A stretch of 64,000 nt of DNA from an uncultured Bacteroidota bacterium (GTDB lineage Bacteria; CLD3; SB21). Below, piece after piece: positions 38,488-48,271 of this stretch. Positions within the stretch are counted from its first letter, which is position 1. The number at the start of each line of letters is the position of its first letter. The notes under the pieces are model-generated. The model did not search any database. It saw nothing but the letters and a program-made list of their open reading frames with translations, and was not told the origin of the DNA. The translations under genes and the position numbers were made by a program. Location of the stretch: assembly GCA_964478735.1 (NCBI GenBank), contig CAYZJB010000012.1, forward strand, positions 1,269 to 65,268, given 5' to 3'.

Positions 38488-38886
38488 CTATAACCAGCAT
38501 ATTCTGATTTCATTTCCCAGCGGCGCGAACTCACGGTCACCCGTCACGAGTTCGGCTTTTTTCTGCTTTGCGAGCCCGGCCGCAAACGCGTCGGCAAAGG
38601 AAATTTTATGGTGGGCCTTAAAATGTGCCGCCTCAAGGGTCAATAGCTGATCGGCATCGATGATTTCGATTGGATATTTCATCAATGTGGTGCGATAAAG
38701 CTCAGCGCGTTCTTTGCCTCCCTCACGTAGCGCAATGTAATACATCTCCCCCCAGTTGACCACGCTGATCATGAGATGGACGCGCTCGTCAATCGCTTTG
38801 ACGAGTAAATCCGCGACGACATCCGCTCCTTTTTCGTCTTCCGCGTACGCCATCACGGCGTACCTGTCGAGAACATACCGCTTCAC
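38488..38886 (-). CDS. vapC: PIN-domain toxin (VapC-like).
   Basis: 132 aa with the PIN acidic pattern (D near the N-terminus, E, D...D). It overlaps the antitoxin gene by 4 nt. Confidence 0.75.
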   Translation of the reverse strand: MKRYVLDRYAVMAYAEDEKGADVVADLLVKAIDERVHLMISVVNWGEMYYIALREGGKERAELYRTTLMKYPIEIIDADQLLTLEAAHFKAHHKISFADAFAAGLAKQKKAELVTGDREFAPLGNEIRICWL

Positions 38887-39110
38887 AGGTCCCGTTCCCG
38901 TTTCTTTTCGTCCATCAATGCTTTGAGCAACTTTCCTTTGGTTCCCAGAAAACCCGTGTTTGATTTGATGAGTTCAGGTGTGACGGGTACCAATCGGATT
39001 TCGCCTTCTTCTTCATAAAACTGGATCAGGGTCCCCGACTTTATTCCATACTCTCGCCTAAGTTTAGATGGAATAACGACTTGGTCTTTTGTGGTGACGA
39101 CTGAAGAGTC
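38883..39110 (-). CDS. vapB: AbrB/MazE/SpoVT-type antitoxin (VapB-like).
   Basis: MDSSVVTTKDQVVIPSKLRREYGIKSG is the swapped-hairpin AbrB-fold signature. The track ORF extends to 39140. Confidence 0.7.
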   Translation of the reverse strand, partial: DSSVVTTKDQVVIPSKLRREYGIKSGTLIQFYEEEGEIRLVPVTPELIKSNTGFLGTKGKLLKALMDEKKRERDL

Positions 39111-39281
39111 CATAAAAATTTCCTTTTTACGTACTTGCATTCACACTTAATATGTAAGTCAAAAAGAAAAAAGTATTACTTTTTTTACGAGGTATGACGT
39201 GACGCTCGGAAATTTGTTCCGGCAACATCCTGACATTTTTTGCTGACGCAAACTGGACGGCGCTGGCGGGAACAAATAAAT

Positions 39282-39647
39282 TTACGGCCGATAAGTGACC
39301 GAAAACCCGGGTGTTTCTGCAATTTCGACTTCGTGAAGAGTCACGACCCCCGGAAGCGATCCACCGAGACGGTCGAAAATGTACCGTGCAATGTTTTCCG
39401 ACGTCGGATTGACGGATTGAAAATACGGATGATCGTTGAATGTCGTGTGGTCGAATTCCGAGAGCAGACCCGTCAGCTTCTCCCGCAGGATCGCATAATC
39501 GGCGGTCATGCCGTTTTCATCGAGCGAAGACGCCGTGAGACGGACACGGACGGTCCAATTATGCCCGTGCGTCCGCGCGCAGACACCGGGATAATTTCTC
39601 AGCGCGTGGGCCGCGGAAAACGATTCCGTCAGCTCGAGAAGGAACAT
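39282..39647 (-). CDS. queD: 6-carboxy-5,6,7,8-tetrahydropterin synthase QueD.
   Basis: The Zn-ligand pattern is C-x-x-x-HGH (CARTHGHNW), with a conserved TFNDHPYF-like block. Confidence 0.85.
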   Translation of the reverse strand: MFLLELTESFSAAHALRNYPGVCARTHGHNWTVRVRLTASSLDENGMTADYAILREKLTGLLSEFDHTTFNDHPYFQSVNPTSENIARYIFDRLGGSLPGVVTLHEVEIAETPGFSVTYRP

Positions 39648-40633
39648 CAGAGACGGTCGGTTTTGATCTTTTTCTTATTTGCGGAAAGGCCGGGAGTGTA
39701 GACGACGACGCGGTTGCGTCCGCCCGCTTTGGCTTCGTACAGCGCCTCGTCAGCCAGACGGATCAGCATGTCGTGGTCCTGGGCGTCATCCGGAAAACTG
39801 GCGACGCCGACGCTGATGCGGACGTTGAAATCCTTGTCGTCGAAGGGAGAATAAAAATAGCGGTCCTGTAAGTCGGCACGGATGCGGCTCATGACCATCC
39901 CGGCGTCACTGTTGCGCGTGCTGGGCATGATGACGGCAAACTCCTCACCGCCGTAGCGGCACACCAGGTCTTGCGCTCGCAGTGATTTTTTGATGTGTTG
40001 CGAGACCGAACCGAGAACGAAGTCGCCCGCGCGGTGCCCGTACGTGTCATTGAATTTTTTGAAATGGTCGATGTCGACCATGACCATGGACAGCGACTGC
40101 GTGTACCGGCGGGCCCGATTGACCTCGACGGGAAGACGATCATCGAACAGACGGCGATTGTAAACGCCGGTCAGCGCGTCCACGTACGTCAGTTTCATGA
40201 AATTATCGGAAATCTGGATCGCACGCTCGATCCGGACCTGCAATTCCTGTAAATCAAACGGTTTGATTAACATGCCGTCGCCGCCAGCGCTGAAAACTTC
40301 GATTTTGGTTTCGAGATTGTTGACCGCGGTAAGGGCGATGATGGGGATGAGCATCGTGCCCGGCAAGCGGCGCAATTGGCGGATCATCTCGATGCCGTTC
40401 ATCTCGGGCATCACGATGTCGGCGAGGATCACGCTGGGTTTTTCCGTCGTGGCCAGTTGAAGTCCTTCGCGGCCGTTGGATGCGACGGAAATGTCGAAAT
40501 TACGCTCCTTCAGAAAGTCCATGATGACGCGGCGAACGGCGATGTCGTCTTCAACAATCAGAATGCGGGGGCGATTGATGACGTCGCCCTGCTGCGCTCC
40601 GGGCATGGGGGTCTGGCTGGTATGCTCGTCCAT
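39647..40633 (-). CDS. Response-regulator receiver plus GGDEF diguanylate cyclase (PleD-like), with an intact GGEEF motif.
   Basis: REC motifs are ILIVEDD, the phospho-acceptor D in ILADIVMPEMNG, and the K in LIKPFD. The GGDEF domain carries RYGGEEF. Confidence 0.9.
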   Translation of the reverse strand: MDEHTSQTPMPGAQQGDVINRPRILIVEDDIAVRRVIMDFLKERNFDISVASNGREGLQLATTEKPSVILADIVMPEMNGIEMIRQLRRLPGTMLIPIIALTAVNNLETKIEVFSAGGDGMLIKPFDLQELQVRIERAIQISDNFMKLTYVDALTGVYNRRLFDDRLPVEVNRARRYTQSLSMVMVDIDHFKKFNDTYGHRAGDFVLGSVSQHIKKSLRAQDLVCRYGGEEFAVIMPSTRNSDAGMVMSRIRADLQDRYFYSPFDDKDFNVRISVGVASFPDDAQDHDMLIRLADEALYEAKAGGRNRVVVYTPGLSANKKKIKTDRL

Positions 40634-40640
40634 AAGGATG

Positions 40641-41423
40641 TCAAGTAATACTCTGCAGAAGCTTGCGCTTCGACTCGGTCAGCTTGCCTTTCTGTTTTAG
40701 TTCTTCCGTATACGCCTCCAGCAACAGCGGATTGGACTCGCGGATACTTACCGCCACGAGCAGTTCGACCAGATCGTGGATCGCTTCCAGCGTGACAAAC
40801 TTACCGCCGGTGCGGTCGGCAAACCACTGGAAGGTCGTCCGGGTCTCGCTCACATTGTTGCAAAGCACCGTATACATTTTTACATGTTTTTGGGTCAACC
40901 GGTTCGTTTCTTCCCGGTAATCCCGTCCGCTGGTACACTCCTCGAACGCATCCATCACGCCATGGGGCGGCTTGTCTCCGATCAAAATCAGGGCCTTGCC
41001 CTTGTTACCCGGTGACCAGTCGAGCTGGTTGGCCTCGTACAGTGCACACTCGACGGCTTCCGGACCGCCGCCGCCCGCGCCGGGGGCGATTTCGTGCGAA
41101 CGCAAAAACGTGATGATATCGTCTTCCTTATCGCTGAAAGGCAACGTCCGGGTCACGTACGGCCCTTGCTCATGATCCTTGTACGCAATAACGGCGATTC
41201 GGGCGTCCGGAACGCGCTTCCGGATTTCCCGCACGATCAGCTGAATGTGCATCTGAACTTCATTCAGGTACACGTCCATACTGCCCGTCGTATCAAAAGC
41301 CATGACCACGTCCAGCGAACTCGCCTTGCGAACCTTGTCCAGCACCGGTTTCATCACGCTCCGGTGTTCGGAAATTTTACGGAAAAGCTCTTCCTTCTGC
41401 TTCTTTACAAGGTCGCTCATCAC
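40641..41423 (-). CDS. Cytoplasmic von Willebrand factor A (vWA) domain protein with an intact MIDAS motif.
   Basis: The MIDAS motif DxTGS is DTTGSMD. No signal peptide. The C-terminal 60 aa are helical. Confidence 0.7.
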   Translation of the reverse strand: MMSDLVKKQKEELFRKISEHRSVMKPVLDKVRKASSLDVVMAFDTTGSMDVYLNEVQMHIQLIVREIRKRVPDARIAVIAYKDHEQGPYVTRTLPFSDKEDDIITFLRSHEIAPGAGGGGPEAVECALYEANQLDWSPGNKGKALILIGDKPPHGVMDAFEECTSGRDYREETNRLTQKHVKMYTVLCNNVSETRTTFQWFADRTGGKFVTLEAIHDLVELLVAVSIRESNPLLLEAYTEELKQKGKLTESKRKLLQSIT

Positions 41424-41466
41424 CGGGACGGGTTAAAGACCAATATAGGCCAAATCGAAGGCGGCA

Positions 41467-42258
41467 TCAATTTATTTTTCCACCGGGCCGCCACACGATC
41501 CGGGCCGTATAAATATGGAAATTTTTCAGGTTCTGCAGGTAGACAGCTACTCCAAGATTGGCATGAACCCATGAGGAATCAAGGAAAATATTCAGCGGCA
41601 CCGACCACTCCATCGGAGCGGGACGCCCGGCCTCAATGATCTGTAACTGTCGAACGACAAAATCATTGGACAGCTCACGCCCTCCATTTTCCCCTCGAAC
41701 CACATGGGTGACAAGCCCATTTTCATATACGGCAACGACCAGTCCCAGCGGTTCTGCGGCGATATCGTTATCGGGTCGTACGGTAACGGAGGCCGTGAAT
41801 TCGCCTGCGTGAAGGACCGCGTTTTGTACGGATATCTCGGCGTGCGAAGGTTGTACGGATAATGCCCGAACGTGCTCCCGCAAATCACCTTCCGAAGAGC
41901 CGACACATTCCGCCTGGCCCTGAATGACCGCCTGCGGCGTGTAGACGCTGCTCAACTCAAACTTCTTCCCGTACCGATACTGCCGCTGCGTGAAATCCTG
42001 TGATGCAAACGGATCTTTCCAGCCGAGATAATTCCAGTAATCCACGTGAAACGCGAGCGGAATGATCCGATCTTTCCATTCGCCACGCCCCAACCGGCTC
42101 AAAAGCCGATCCGCCGACGGGCAGCTCGAACAACCCTGAGACGTGAAAAGCTCAACCACGACAGGAAATTCCGGCACCGGTTCGTCTGCGTCAGAATGCA
42201 ACCACCACACCAGGCTACCGAGGAAAACAAAAATAACGATAAGCAGTTTCATGCCCAC
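41467..42258 (-). CDS. DUF1223-family secreted thioredoxin-fold protein with a CxxC motif.
   Basis: Signal/TM N-terminus. ELFTSQGCSSCP is the DUF1223 signature. Confidence 0.7.
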   Translation of the reverse strand: MGMKLLIVIFVFLGSLVWWLHSDADEPVPEFPVVVELFTSQGCSSCPSADRLLSRLGRGEWKDRIIPLAFHVDYWNYLGWKDPFASQDFTQRQYRYGKKFELSSVYTPQAVIQGQAECVGSSEGDLREHVRALSVQPSHAEISVQNAVLHAGEFTASVTVRPDNDIAAEPLGLVVAVYENGLVTHVVRGENGGRELSNDFVVRQLQIIEAGRPAPMEWSVPLNIFLDSSWVHANLGVAVYLQNLKNFHIYTARIVWRPGGKIN

Positions 42259-42298
42259 CTCGCAAAAAAATCAGCTTATCGTGAAACGCGGAAAGGGG

Positions 42299-42949
42299 CT
42301 ATGACTTCCCTAAAAGCGACACAATTTCTCGGCTTACTGCCTCGATATCGCGGTCTCCGTCGATCTCGGACAATCGGCCCTTGGACTGATAATAGGTTCG
42401 TAACGGCGACGTTTCGTCTTCATAGACCTTCAGCCGGTGGCGGATGGCGTCGGGAGTGTCGTCGGATCGTTGATACACCTCACCTCCGCATTTGTCACAG
42501 ACATGGTCTTTTTTCGGCGGATGGGTCAGCCGATTGTACACCGCCCCGCAGTTTTTGCAGATGATCCGGCTTCCTAACCGGTCGATCAGTTTCTGCGAAT
42601 CGACCCGAATATCGATCACCGCGTCCAATCCGATGTTCAGTTCCTTTAACAACCGGTCAAGGGATTCGGCCTGGTTGAGCGTACGGGGAAATCCATCCAG
42701 GATGAACCCTCGTTTGCATTCGGGCGATTGAATTTTCGCACGAGCAAGATCGATGATCACGTCGTCGGGAACGAGTTGCCCGGCATCCATATATGTCTTT
42801 GCCTTTCGGCCCACGTCCGTTTGATTTTTGATCGCCTCGCGTAGCATGTCACCCGTTGAAATTTGAACGATGCCCAATCGATCGACCAGTAATTTGGATT
42901 GAGTGCCCTTGCCGACACCAGGAGCGCCCAATAAAAGTAGCCTCATGAC
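42299..42949 (-). CDS. adk: Adenylate kinase with a zinc-binding lid.
   Basis: The P-loop GAPGVGKGT is present. The lid is CKNCG...CDKCGG. The start is taken as the ATG at about 42949. Confidence 0.9.
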   Translation of the reverse strand, partial: VMRLLLLGAPGVGKGTQSKLLVDRLGIVQISTGDMLREAIKNQTDVGRKAKTYMDAGQLVPDDVIIDLARAKIQSPECKRGFILDGFPRTLNQAESLDRLLKELNIGLDAVIDIRVDSQKLIDRLGSRIICKNCGAVYNRLTHPPKKDHVCDKCGGEVYQRSDDTPDAIRHRLKVYEDETSPLRTYYQSKGRLSEIDGDRDIEAVSREIVSLLGKS

Positions 42950-43005
42950 AGTCTCCCTAAGAGTCGGAGAGATAGTACGACCGTGATCGCGTAAAATCAA
43001 GCATT

Positions 43006-43725
43006 TTAAGGTTTTACGGTGAACGTGTTCACGATTTTGGATAGCGGATAACGTAGATTTTGGCTGTCGATATACTCTTCTTCGTCAAGGATGGGATCCA
43101 CGCGTTTTTCGAAGTCCATGTAGTAGACCGGCTTACCTTCCGATCGCCATTTTTTTTCGTACTTGGTCGGAAAGTAATCCGATGCCGGTTGATCGAGCCA
43201 CGCCGGACCCGAATCGAAACATGACGCACCCGACATCGCTTCGACAACCCAATCCCGATATTCTTCATCGTCCGTGGCGACGCGAACTTTTCCGGATATC
43301 CGCCGGGCGGCCAGTTTTAAAAAAACGGGATTGATCAAACGACGTTTTTTGTGCCGCTTTTTGAACCAGGGATCCGGAAAATGGATATAGAGATTTTCGA
43401 CGCCGCGATCGGCAAAAAGTTTATACAGATACAACTTTGCATCGCCGATCAACAGGCGGGCATTCGTCAAACCCAGGCGGGACAACTTCCGGTCCGCTTT
43501 GACGACAAATTCCGCTTCAATGTCGATCCCGACGATATTCCGCTCCGGATGCGCTTCCGCAAACGGGACGAGAAAACTCCCGTTGCCGATGCCGATCTCC
43601 AGGTCCAACGGCGCCTTGCGGGCAAAGACGTCCGGCCAGGAAATGGGCTTGCCGTCGGCAATTTGATTTTTGATACGGTCGTTACGCCAGTTGAGAATGA
43701 ACGCGGGTTGTCGTGAAGTCGCCAA
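43006..43725 (-). CDS. trmB: tRNA (guanine46-N7)-methyltransferase TrmB.
   Basis: The SAM motif is LEIGIGNG, and the FPDPWFKKRH block is TrmB-specific. Confidence 0.9.
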   Translation of the reverse strand: MATSRQPAFILNWRNDRIKNQIADGKPISWPDVFARKAPLDLEIGIGNGSFLVPFAEAHPERNIVGIDIEAEFVVKADRKLSRLGLTNARLLIGDAKLYLYKLFADRGVENLYIHFPDPWFKKRHKKRRLINPVFLKLAARRISGKVRVATDDEEYRDWVVEAMSGASCFDSGPAWLDQPASDYFPTKYEKKWRSEGKPVYYMDFEKRVDPILDEEEYIDSQNLRYPLSKIVNTFTVKP

Positions 43726-44505
43726 TTATTTGTCCTGAAAAGACGGTTTCCTTTTTTTCAGAAACGCCGTCACGCCTTCCTTCATATCGTGAGATCCGTA
43801 TAACTCGGAAAAAATCGTCGACTCGCAATCCATTGCTTTCTCGATATCCAGCGATGCCCCCTGTCCGATGGATTTCAGCGCCTGCCGCATGGCCAGTCCG
43901 CTTTTGGACGTGAGTTTGGCCGCAAATTTTTTTGCATCGTCCAGTAGGGTGTCCTTACCGACGACCATCTGCACCAAACCGATATTCAGCGCCTCATCGG
44001 AACGCACGGGTTCGCCCGTCAGGATCAGTTGGGTCGCTTTTGCCATCCCGACGATGCGGGGTAAACGCTGTGTACCTCCAAAACCCGGAATGATACCCAG
44101 CGTGATTTCGGGAAGGCCCATCATCGCACGGTCCGATGCAATCCTCACGTGACAGCTCATCGCCAGTTCCAACCCGCCGCCGAGGCAAAATCCGTTGATG
44201 GCCGCAACGACCGGCTTCGGTCCGTTTTCCAGTTTCAAAAAGACCTTTTGACCGAAGGCGCTCATCTCCTTGGCCTGGCTTTTCGACGTCAGTTTGGAAA
44301 TTTCTTCGATGTCCGCACCCGAGGCAAACGTTTTCCCTTCGCCGGTTACGATGAGCGCTTTAATTTCCGTATTGGAAAACATCGCATCCAGGCACTTGTC
44401 CAATTCCTGAAGCAGCGGCATTTTGAGACTGTTGCCGGGAGGATTGTTCAGTGCGATCGTACCGATTTTATCCGCCACGTCGACATTGAGAAACTGGTAA
44501 TTCAT
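43726..44505 (-). CDS. Enoyl-CoA hydratase/isomerase (crotonase-family).
   Basis: A GGAGG RBS lies before the ATG at about 44505. The oxyanion region is ASGADI and the catalytic Glu blocks are NGFCLGGGLELA. Confidence 0.85.
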   Translation of the reverse strand: MNYQFLNVDVADKIGTIALNNPPGNSLKMPLLQELDKCLDAMFSNTEIKALIVTGEGKTFASGADIEEISKLTSKSQAKEMSAFGQKVFLKLENGPKPVVAAINGFCLGGGLELAMSCHVRIASDRAMMGLPEITLGIIPGFGGTQRLPRIVGMAKATQLILTGEPVRSDEALNIGLVQMVVGKDTLLDDAKKFAAKLTSKSGLAMRQALKSIGQGASLDIEKAMDCESTIFSELYGSHDMKEGVTAFLKKRKPSFQDK

Positions 44506-44518
44506 GGGACCTCCGGGG

Positions 44519-44836
44519 TTATTTTCGAAAAGTGTAGTCTCGTTCGACGTGGCAGATACGGGTCGTGTACGCCTCATACCAACGGCGTCGACCTTCTTGC
44601 TGGGCAATCACGTGTTCGGCATGGGCCTTCCATTCGCGGACGGCCTCGAGGCTGGACCCGTACGACACGGTAATGCCGAGCCCATCCCGTGCGCTCTCAT
44701 GGCCCAGGTAGCCGGGCTGCTGCTGCGCCAGTTCGATCATGCGTTCGGCCGTGCCGGTGTAACCGTCGTCCACGTCGGTTCGAATGGACGTGAAGATCAC
44801 GGCGTAGTAGGGCGGTTTGGGTGTCGATGCAATCAT
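44519..44836 (-). CDS. ABM-domain (antibiotic biosynthesis monooxygenase-like) protein.
   Basis: MIASTPKPPYYAVIFTS...WSSLEAVREWKAHAEH is ABM-like. The track ORF extends to 44980 with a non-homologous N-terminus. Confidence 0.55.
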   Translation of the reverse strand: MIASTPKPPYYAVIFTSIRTDVDDGYTGTAERMIELAQQQPGYLGHESARDGLGITVSYGSSLEAVREWKAHAEHVIAQQEGRRRWYEAYTTRICHVERDYTFRK

Positions 44837-45962
44837 GGAAAGGTTCTGGAAATTTACGCGATGGCGGGACGGACGCAACAGGTTTTTGCGAGGAAGAAAA
44901 CATTTGCCCGCGGGCCGGGTGAAAATTGTATTAGAATTACACTTCCCGACGAGACGGAATATCATCGGCAACCCATTCACGTTTCCAATTCCGTTCAGTC
45001 TTCCACAGGGAGCAACTCTTTATTCGGGCCCATACCAGTACGGCGGTCTGGACGTTGAGATAGAAGGATGGGGCAACCCCCTGACGCCCGTAACGATGCT
45101 GAAACCGTTCGGCGGGTACGCGCTGAAAAACAACACGGGCAGTGAAAAAACGATCCGCGTGACCGTCAGTCAAACGAGCGTTCTCAAAGTGTCTTCGGCA
45201 CCGTCGTTGTCCACTGCCCCGGTGGTCGTGAACATCAAGGCCATGGCGGATTATCGGGGATTCACGCTCGGCGACCTGTTCAACTACGCTGTCGCAACAA
45301 CGGGAAACGAATTCTATGAGATCCCTGAACCGCCGTACGTGGGCGAATTCGTCTCCGTGTCATTTGAAGATAAACGCCTCGCCGTGGCACCCCTTCCGTT
45401 CAACCCGCAAGGCCAAGTCTGGACATTTACCGTGGAAGCCGTGCCGGGAAGTCGAAACCTGCGGTGGACATACGATCGGCTCCACATTTCGCCCGGCCAT
45501 CGCATTGCGTGGTATGACGTGTCTCACAACCGCCCGATAGACGACCCGGCACCCGGTGAGTGGCTGACCGTTTCGGCCAAACTTGGACAGAAAACACGAA
45601 TTCGGCTCATCGTTGGTACCGAAACGTTTGTGAAGGGAGAACTTGCCCGCACCGCTGCATCCTTGCCTCAAACTTTTGTTCTTCATCCCAATTATCCCAA
45701 TCCTTTTAACCCCCAGACCACGATTTCTTTTGATGTTCCCGTGCGTGGCCAGCTTCAGCTTGTCATTTTCAACGCTATCGGCCAGCATGTTGCTACGCTC
45801 GTCGACGGCGTGGTGGATCCGGGAAACTACCGTATTGTCTGGAATGGAAAAGACCGCTCTGGCGCGTCGGCAGCCAGCGGAGTATATTTTTGCCATCTTC
45901 GGTGCCTCCGGGATGACGGACGTTCATGGACAGCCGCACGGAAGATGTTACTGCTGAAATAA
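44817..45962 (+). CDS. Protein with a T9SS C-terminal sorting domain but no detectable N-terminal signal peptide. The start is uncertain and the gene may be 5'-truncated.
   Basis: The C-terminus NYPNPFNPQTTISFDVP...VIFNAIGQHV...WNGKDRSGASAASGVYF...KMLLLK matches the Por_Secre_tail pattern. No hydrophobic leader appears in any frame between 44840 and 45010. The 5' end overlaps the ABM gene on the opposite strand. Confidence 0.5.
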   Translation: MGVDAIMERFWKFTRWRDGRNRFLRGRKHLPAGRVKIVLELHFPTRRNIIGNPFTFPIPFSLPQGATLYSGPYQYGGLDVEIEGWGNPLTPVTMLKPFGGYALKNNTGSEKTIRVTVSQTSVLKVSSAPSLSTAPVVVNIKAMADYRGFTLGDLFNYAVATTGNEFYEIPEPPYVGEFVSVSFEDKRLAVAPLPFNPQGQVWTFTVEAVPGSRNLRWTYDRLHISPGHRIAWYDVSHNRPIDDPAPGEWLTVSAKLGQKTRIRLIVGTETFVKGELARTAASLPQTFVLHPNYPNPFNPQTTISFDVPVRGQLQLVIFNAIGQHVATLVDGVVDPGNYRIVWNGKDRSGASAASGVYFCHLRCLRDDGRSWTAARKMLLLK

Positions 45963-46035
45963 TGATATTTGCCCGCCATTTTTCCATGCATCGCTGAGTT
46001 AACCGCAAATGCTGAGGATTTTCAGACGCCTTGTT

Positions 46036-48099
46036 CTACAACCCGATCGACTTCATATACGCGTCGGGATTCGGCTCGCGGCCGAGAAATTCCTTCACCA
46101 GTTCGAGTGGATCCTGCGTACCGCCGCGCGCAAGAATGATGTCGCGATAACGTTTGCCGGTTGCACGATCCATGATCCCTTTTTTCTCAAAAAGAGAAAA
46201 CATATCCTGGGCGTACACTTCCGACCAGAGGTAACCGTAATATCCCGCCGCGTAGCCCGTCAGATGACCGAAGGCCGCATGCCAGTGGGTCCCATCCAGA
46301 AAAGGATACAACGTAATTTCGTTCTGCAAGCGCTTCGCCACGTCCGTCGTCGATTCCTTTCCATTCGGGTCATAGCCGTCGTGCAGCGTCATGTCGAGCG
46401 TGCCGTAATAAATCTGCTGCAGCGTGGCCAGACCGGAACCGGCATTTTTCGCCGCCTCCATGCGGTCGAACAATTCCCTGGGCAAAACTTCGCCGGTCTT
46501 GTAATGTTTGGCAAATAACTTCAGCGCATCGTAATTCCACACCCAGTTTTCGAAAATCTGCGACGGCGCTTCGACGAAATCACGATGAACGGCCGTGCCG
46601 GAGTAGCCAAATAAATCTGCGGTCGTCAACAGGTTGTGCAGGACATGGCCGAATTCGTGGAAAAACGTTTCAACGGACGCGCTGCCGAGCGAATGGTACA
46701 TGAGGCCCGGGCTTTCCGCGGTCGGTTTCGGGAAATTACACACCAGCGTGGCCGTCGGGATCTGATAACCGTTGGCCGTCGTTTTACCTTTGATCATGGC
46801 AAAACAGGCGGCATGATTGTATTTGTTGGCCCGCGGAAAAAGATCGAGATAAAACCGGCCGATGACCTTGCCGCGATCTTTGACTTCGAACAGGCGCACG
46901 TCTTCGTGCCAGACCGAGGGGTCCTTGATTTCCGTGTATTCGAGACCGAAGAGATTTTGCGTGATCTGAAATAACCCGTCGATCACGTTATGAAGCGCAA
47001 AATATTCGCGGACTTTTTCCTGATCGAGGGAGTATTTCTCTTTCAACAACCGGTCGTTGTAGTAGGACGCTTCCCAGGGTTGAATCACGTTGGTTTGCGG
47101 ATCGTTGACCGTTTTGCGTTTAACGTCGAGCAGTTCGTCGTAATCGCGTTTCGCTTTGATCCTGGCTTTGGCCATCAGGTCTTTTTCGAACGTCCATACG
47201 TTTTTTGGTGTTTTGGCCATTCGATCTTCGACCTGGTATTCGGCGAACGACTTATATCCCAGCAGGCTTGCCACTTTGACACGCAGGGTAAGTATTTCTT
47301 TGAGCACCTCAAGGTTCTTATCCGCTGCGCGGTTGTTGTACTTCGTGTAAAGCGCCTTGCGGGCCTGTTCCGACGGGGAGGATTTCATGAATGCCGAGTA
47401 CGAAGGATAGGAGAGGTCGATCTTATACGTCCCATCGTCCTGACGGCGCGGTTGTTTATAATCCTCAGGCAGACCTTCCAGATCAGCTTCCTGCACGATG
47501 AGATAATCCTGATGGTCGGCGATGTTTTTATTGAACGCAATACCGAGCTCGGACAGCCGGTTTTGCAGTCCCTTCAACTCGTCGCGTTTTTCTTTCGGGA
47601 GATTGAAACCGTTGCGTTTGAATTCACGCAGCATGTCGTCGAGATACGTTTTTTTGAAACCGGTCAACGATTTGCCCTCCTTCGTCGCCGCAAAATCATT
47701 GATTACTTTATACAATTGCTCATCCAGACCGAGATCGGTCAAAAACTGGTTCAGCACCTGCAGTTGTTTCTGGCTTTCTTCGCGCACGTCCTTGTCCGGG
47801 TGCGCGGAGTTCATCAGGTAAATGTTATAATGGACCTTGCCGAATTCATTGGTAATGTCGTCGTAGACGAGCAGCGTGTTGTCATACGTCCGTTTGTCGG
47901 CCGGAATGGCATAGAGGAGTTCCAGTTGTTTCTTGGCCATTTCAATCGCCGACTGGGCCGATTGGGTCACGTGTTCTTTGGTCAACGCACCCAACTTCAT
48001 GGGCTGGTTGAAATCGGCAAAAAACGGGTTGTCGTTTTTCGCATCGCCCGCCCATAGTGTGGCCGCCGCAAATAATGAAACGATGGTCATCTTGCGCAT
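46036..48099 (-). CDS. dcp: M3-family zinc metallopeptidase (peptidyl-dipeptidase Dcp / oligopeptidase A-like), secreted.
   Basis: HEFGHVLH (HEXXH) with a downstream E. The signal peptide is MRKMTIVSLFAAATLWAG, with an AGGAG RBS. The track start at 48300 is upstream junk. Confidence 0.85.
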   Translation of the reverse strand: MRKMTIVSLFAAATLWAGDAKNDNPFFADFNQPMKLGALTKEHVTQSAQSAIEMAKKQLELLYAIPADKRTYDNTLLVYDDITNEFGKVHYNIYLMNSAHPDKDVREESQKQLQVLNQFLTDLGLDEQLYKVINDFAATKEGKSLTGFKKTYLDDMLREFKRNGFNLPKEKRDELKGLQNRLSELGIAFNKNIADHQDYLIVQEADLEGLPEDYKQPRRQDDGTYKIDLSYPSYSAFMKSSPSEQARKALYTKYNNRAADKNLEVLKEILTLRVKVASLLGYKSFAEYQVEDRMAKTPKNVWTFEKDLMAKARIKAKRDYDELLDVKRKTVNDPQTNVIQPWEASYYNDRLLKEKYSLDQEKVREYFALHNVIDGLFQITQNLFGLEYTEIKDPSVWHEDVRLFEVKDRGKVIGRFYLDLFPRANKYNHAACFAMIKGKTTANGYQIPTATLVCNFPKPTAESPGLMYHSLGSASVETFFHEFGHVLHNLLTTADLFGYSGTAVHRDFVEAPSQIFENWVWNYDALKLFAKHYKTGEVLPRELFDRMEAAKNAGSGLATLQQIYYGTLDMTLHDGYDPNGKESTTDVAKRLQNEITLYPFLDGTHWHAAFGHLTGYAAGYYGYLWSEVYAQDMFSLFEKKGIMDRATGKRYRDIILARGGTQDPLELVKEFLGREPNPDAYMKSIGL

Positions 48100-48271
48100 C
48101 GTCAATCTCCTTTTTGAATGATCGATTGTTAAGGTCTTCATGCGTGTCTTGATTTGCTGTATAGAGAAAAGCCGTTGTACAACGCTTGCCGACGGCATAA
48201 GTTTCACCTTTTTTCCAAAATGGCAACACGATGTTGACATTCGGATAATATTTCCGTCGTACGTTTGATCG

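Noticed and set aside
46990-48057. 355-aa plus-strand ORF
   Set aside because: It is antisense to the M3 metallopeptidase (HEFGH) gene and shows no protein-family features.
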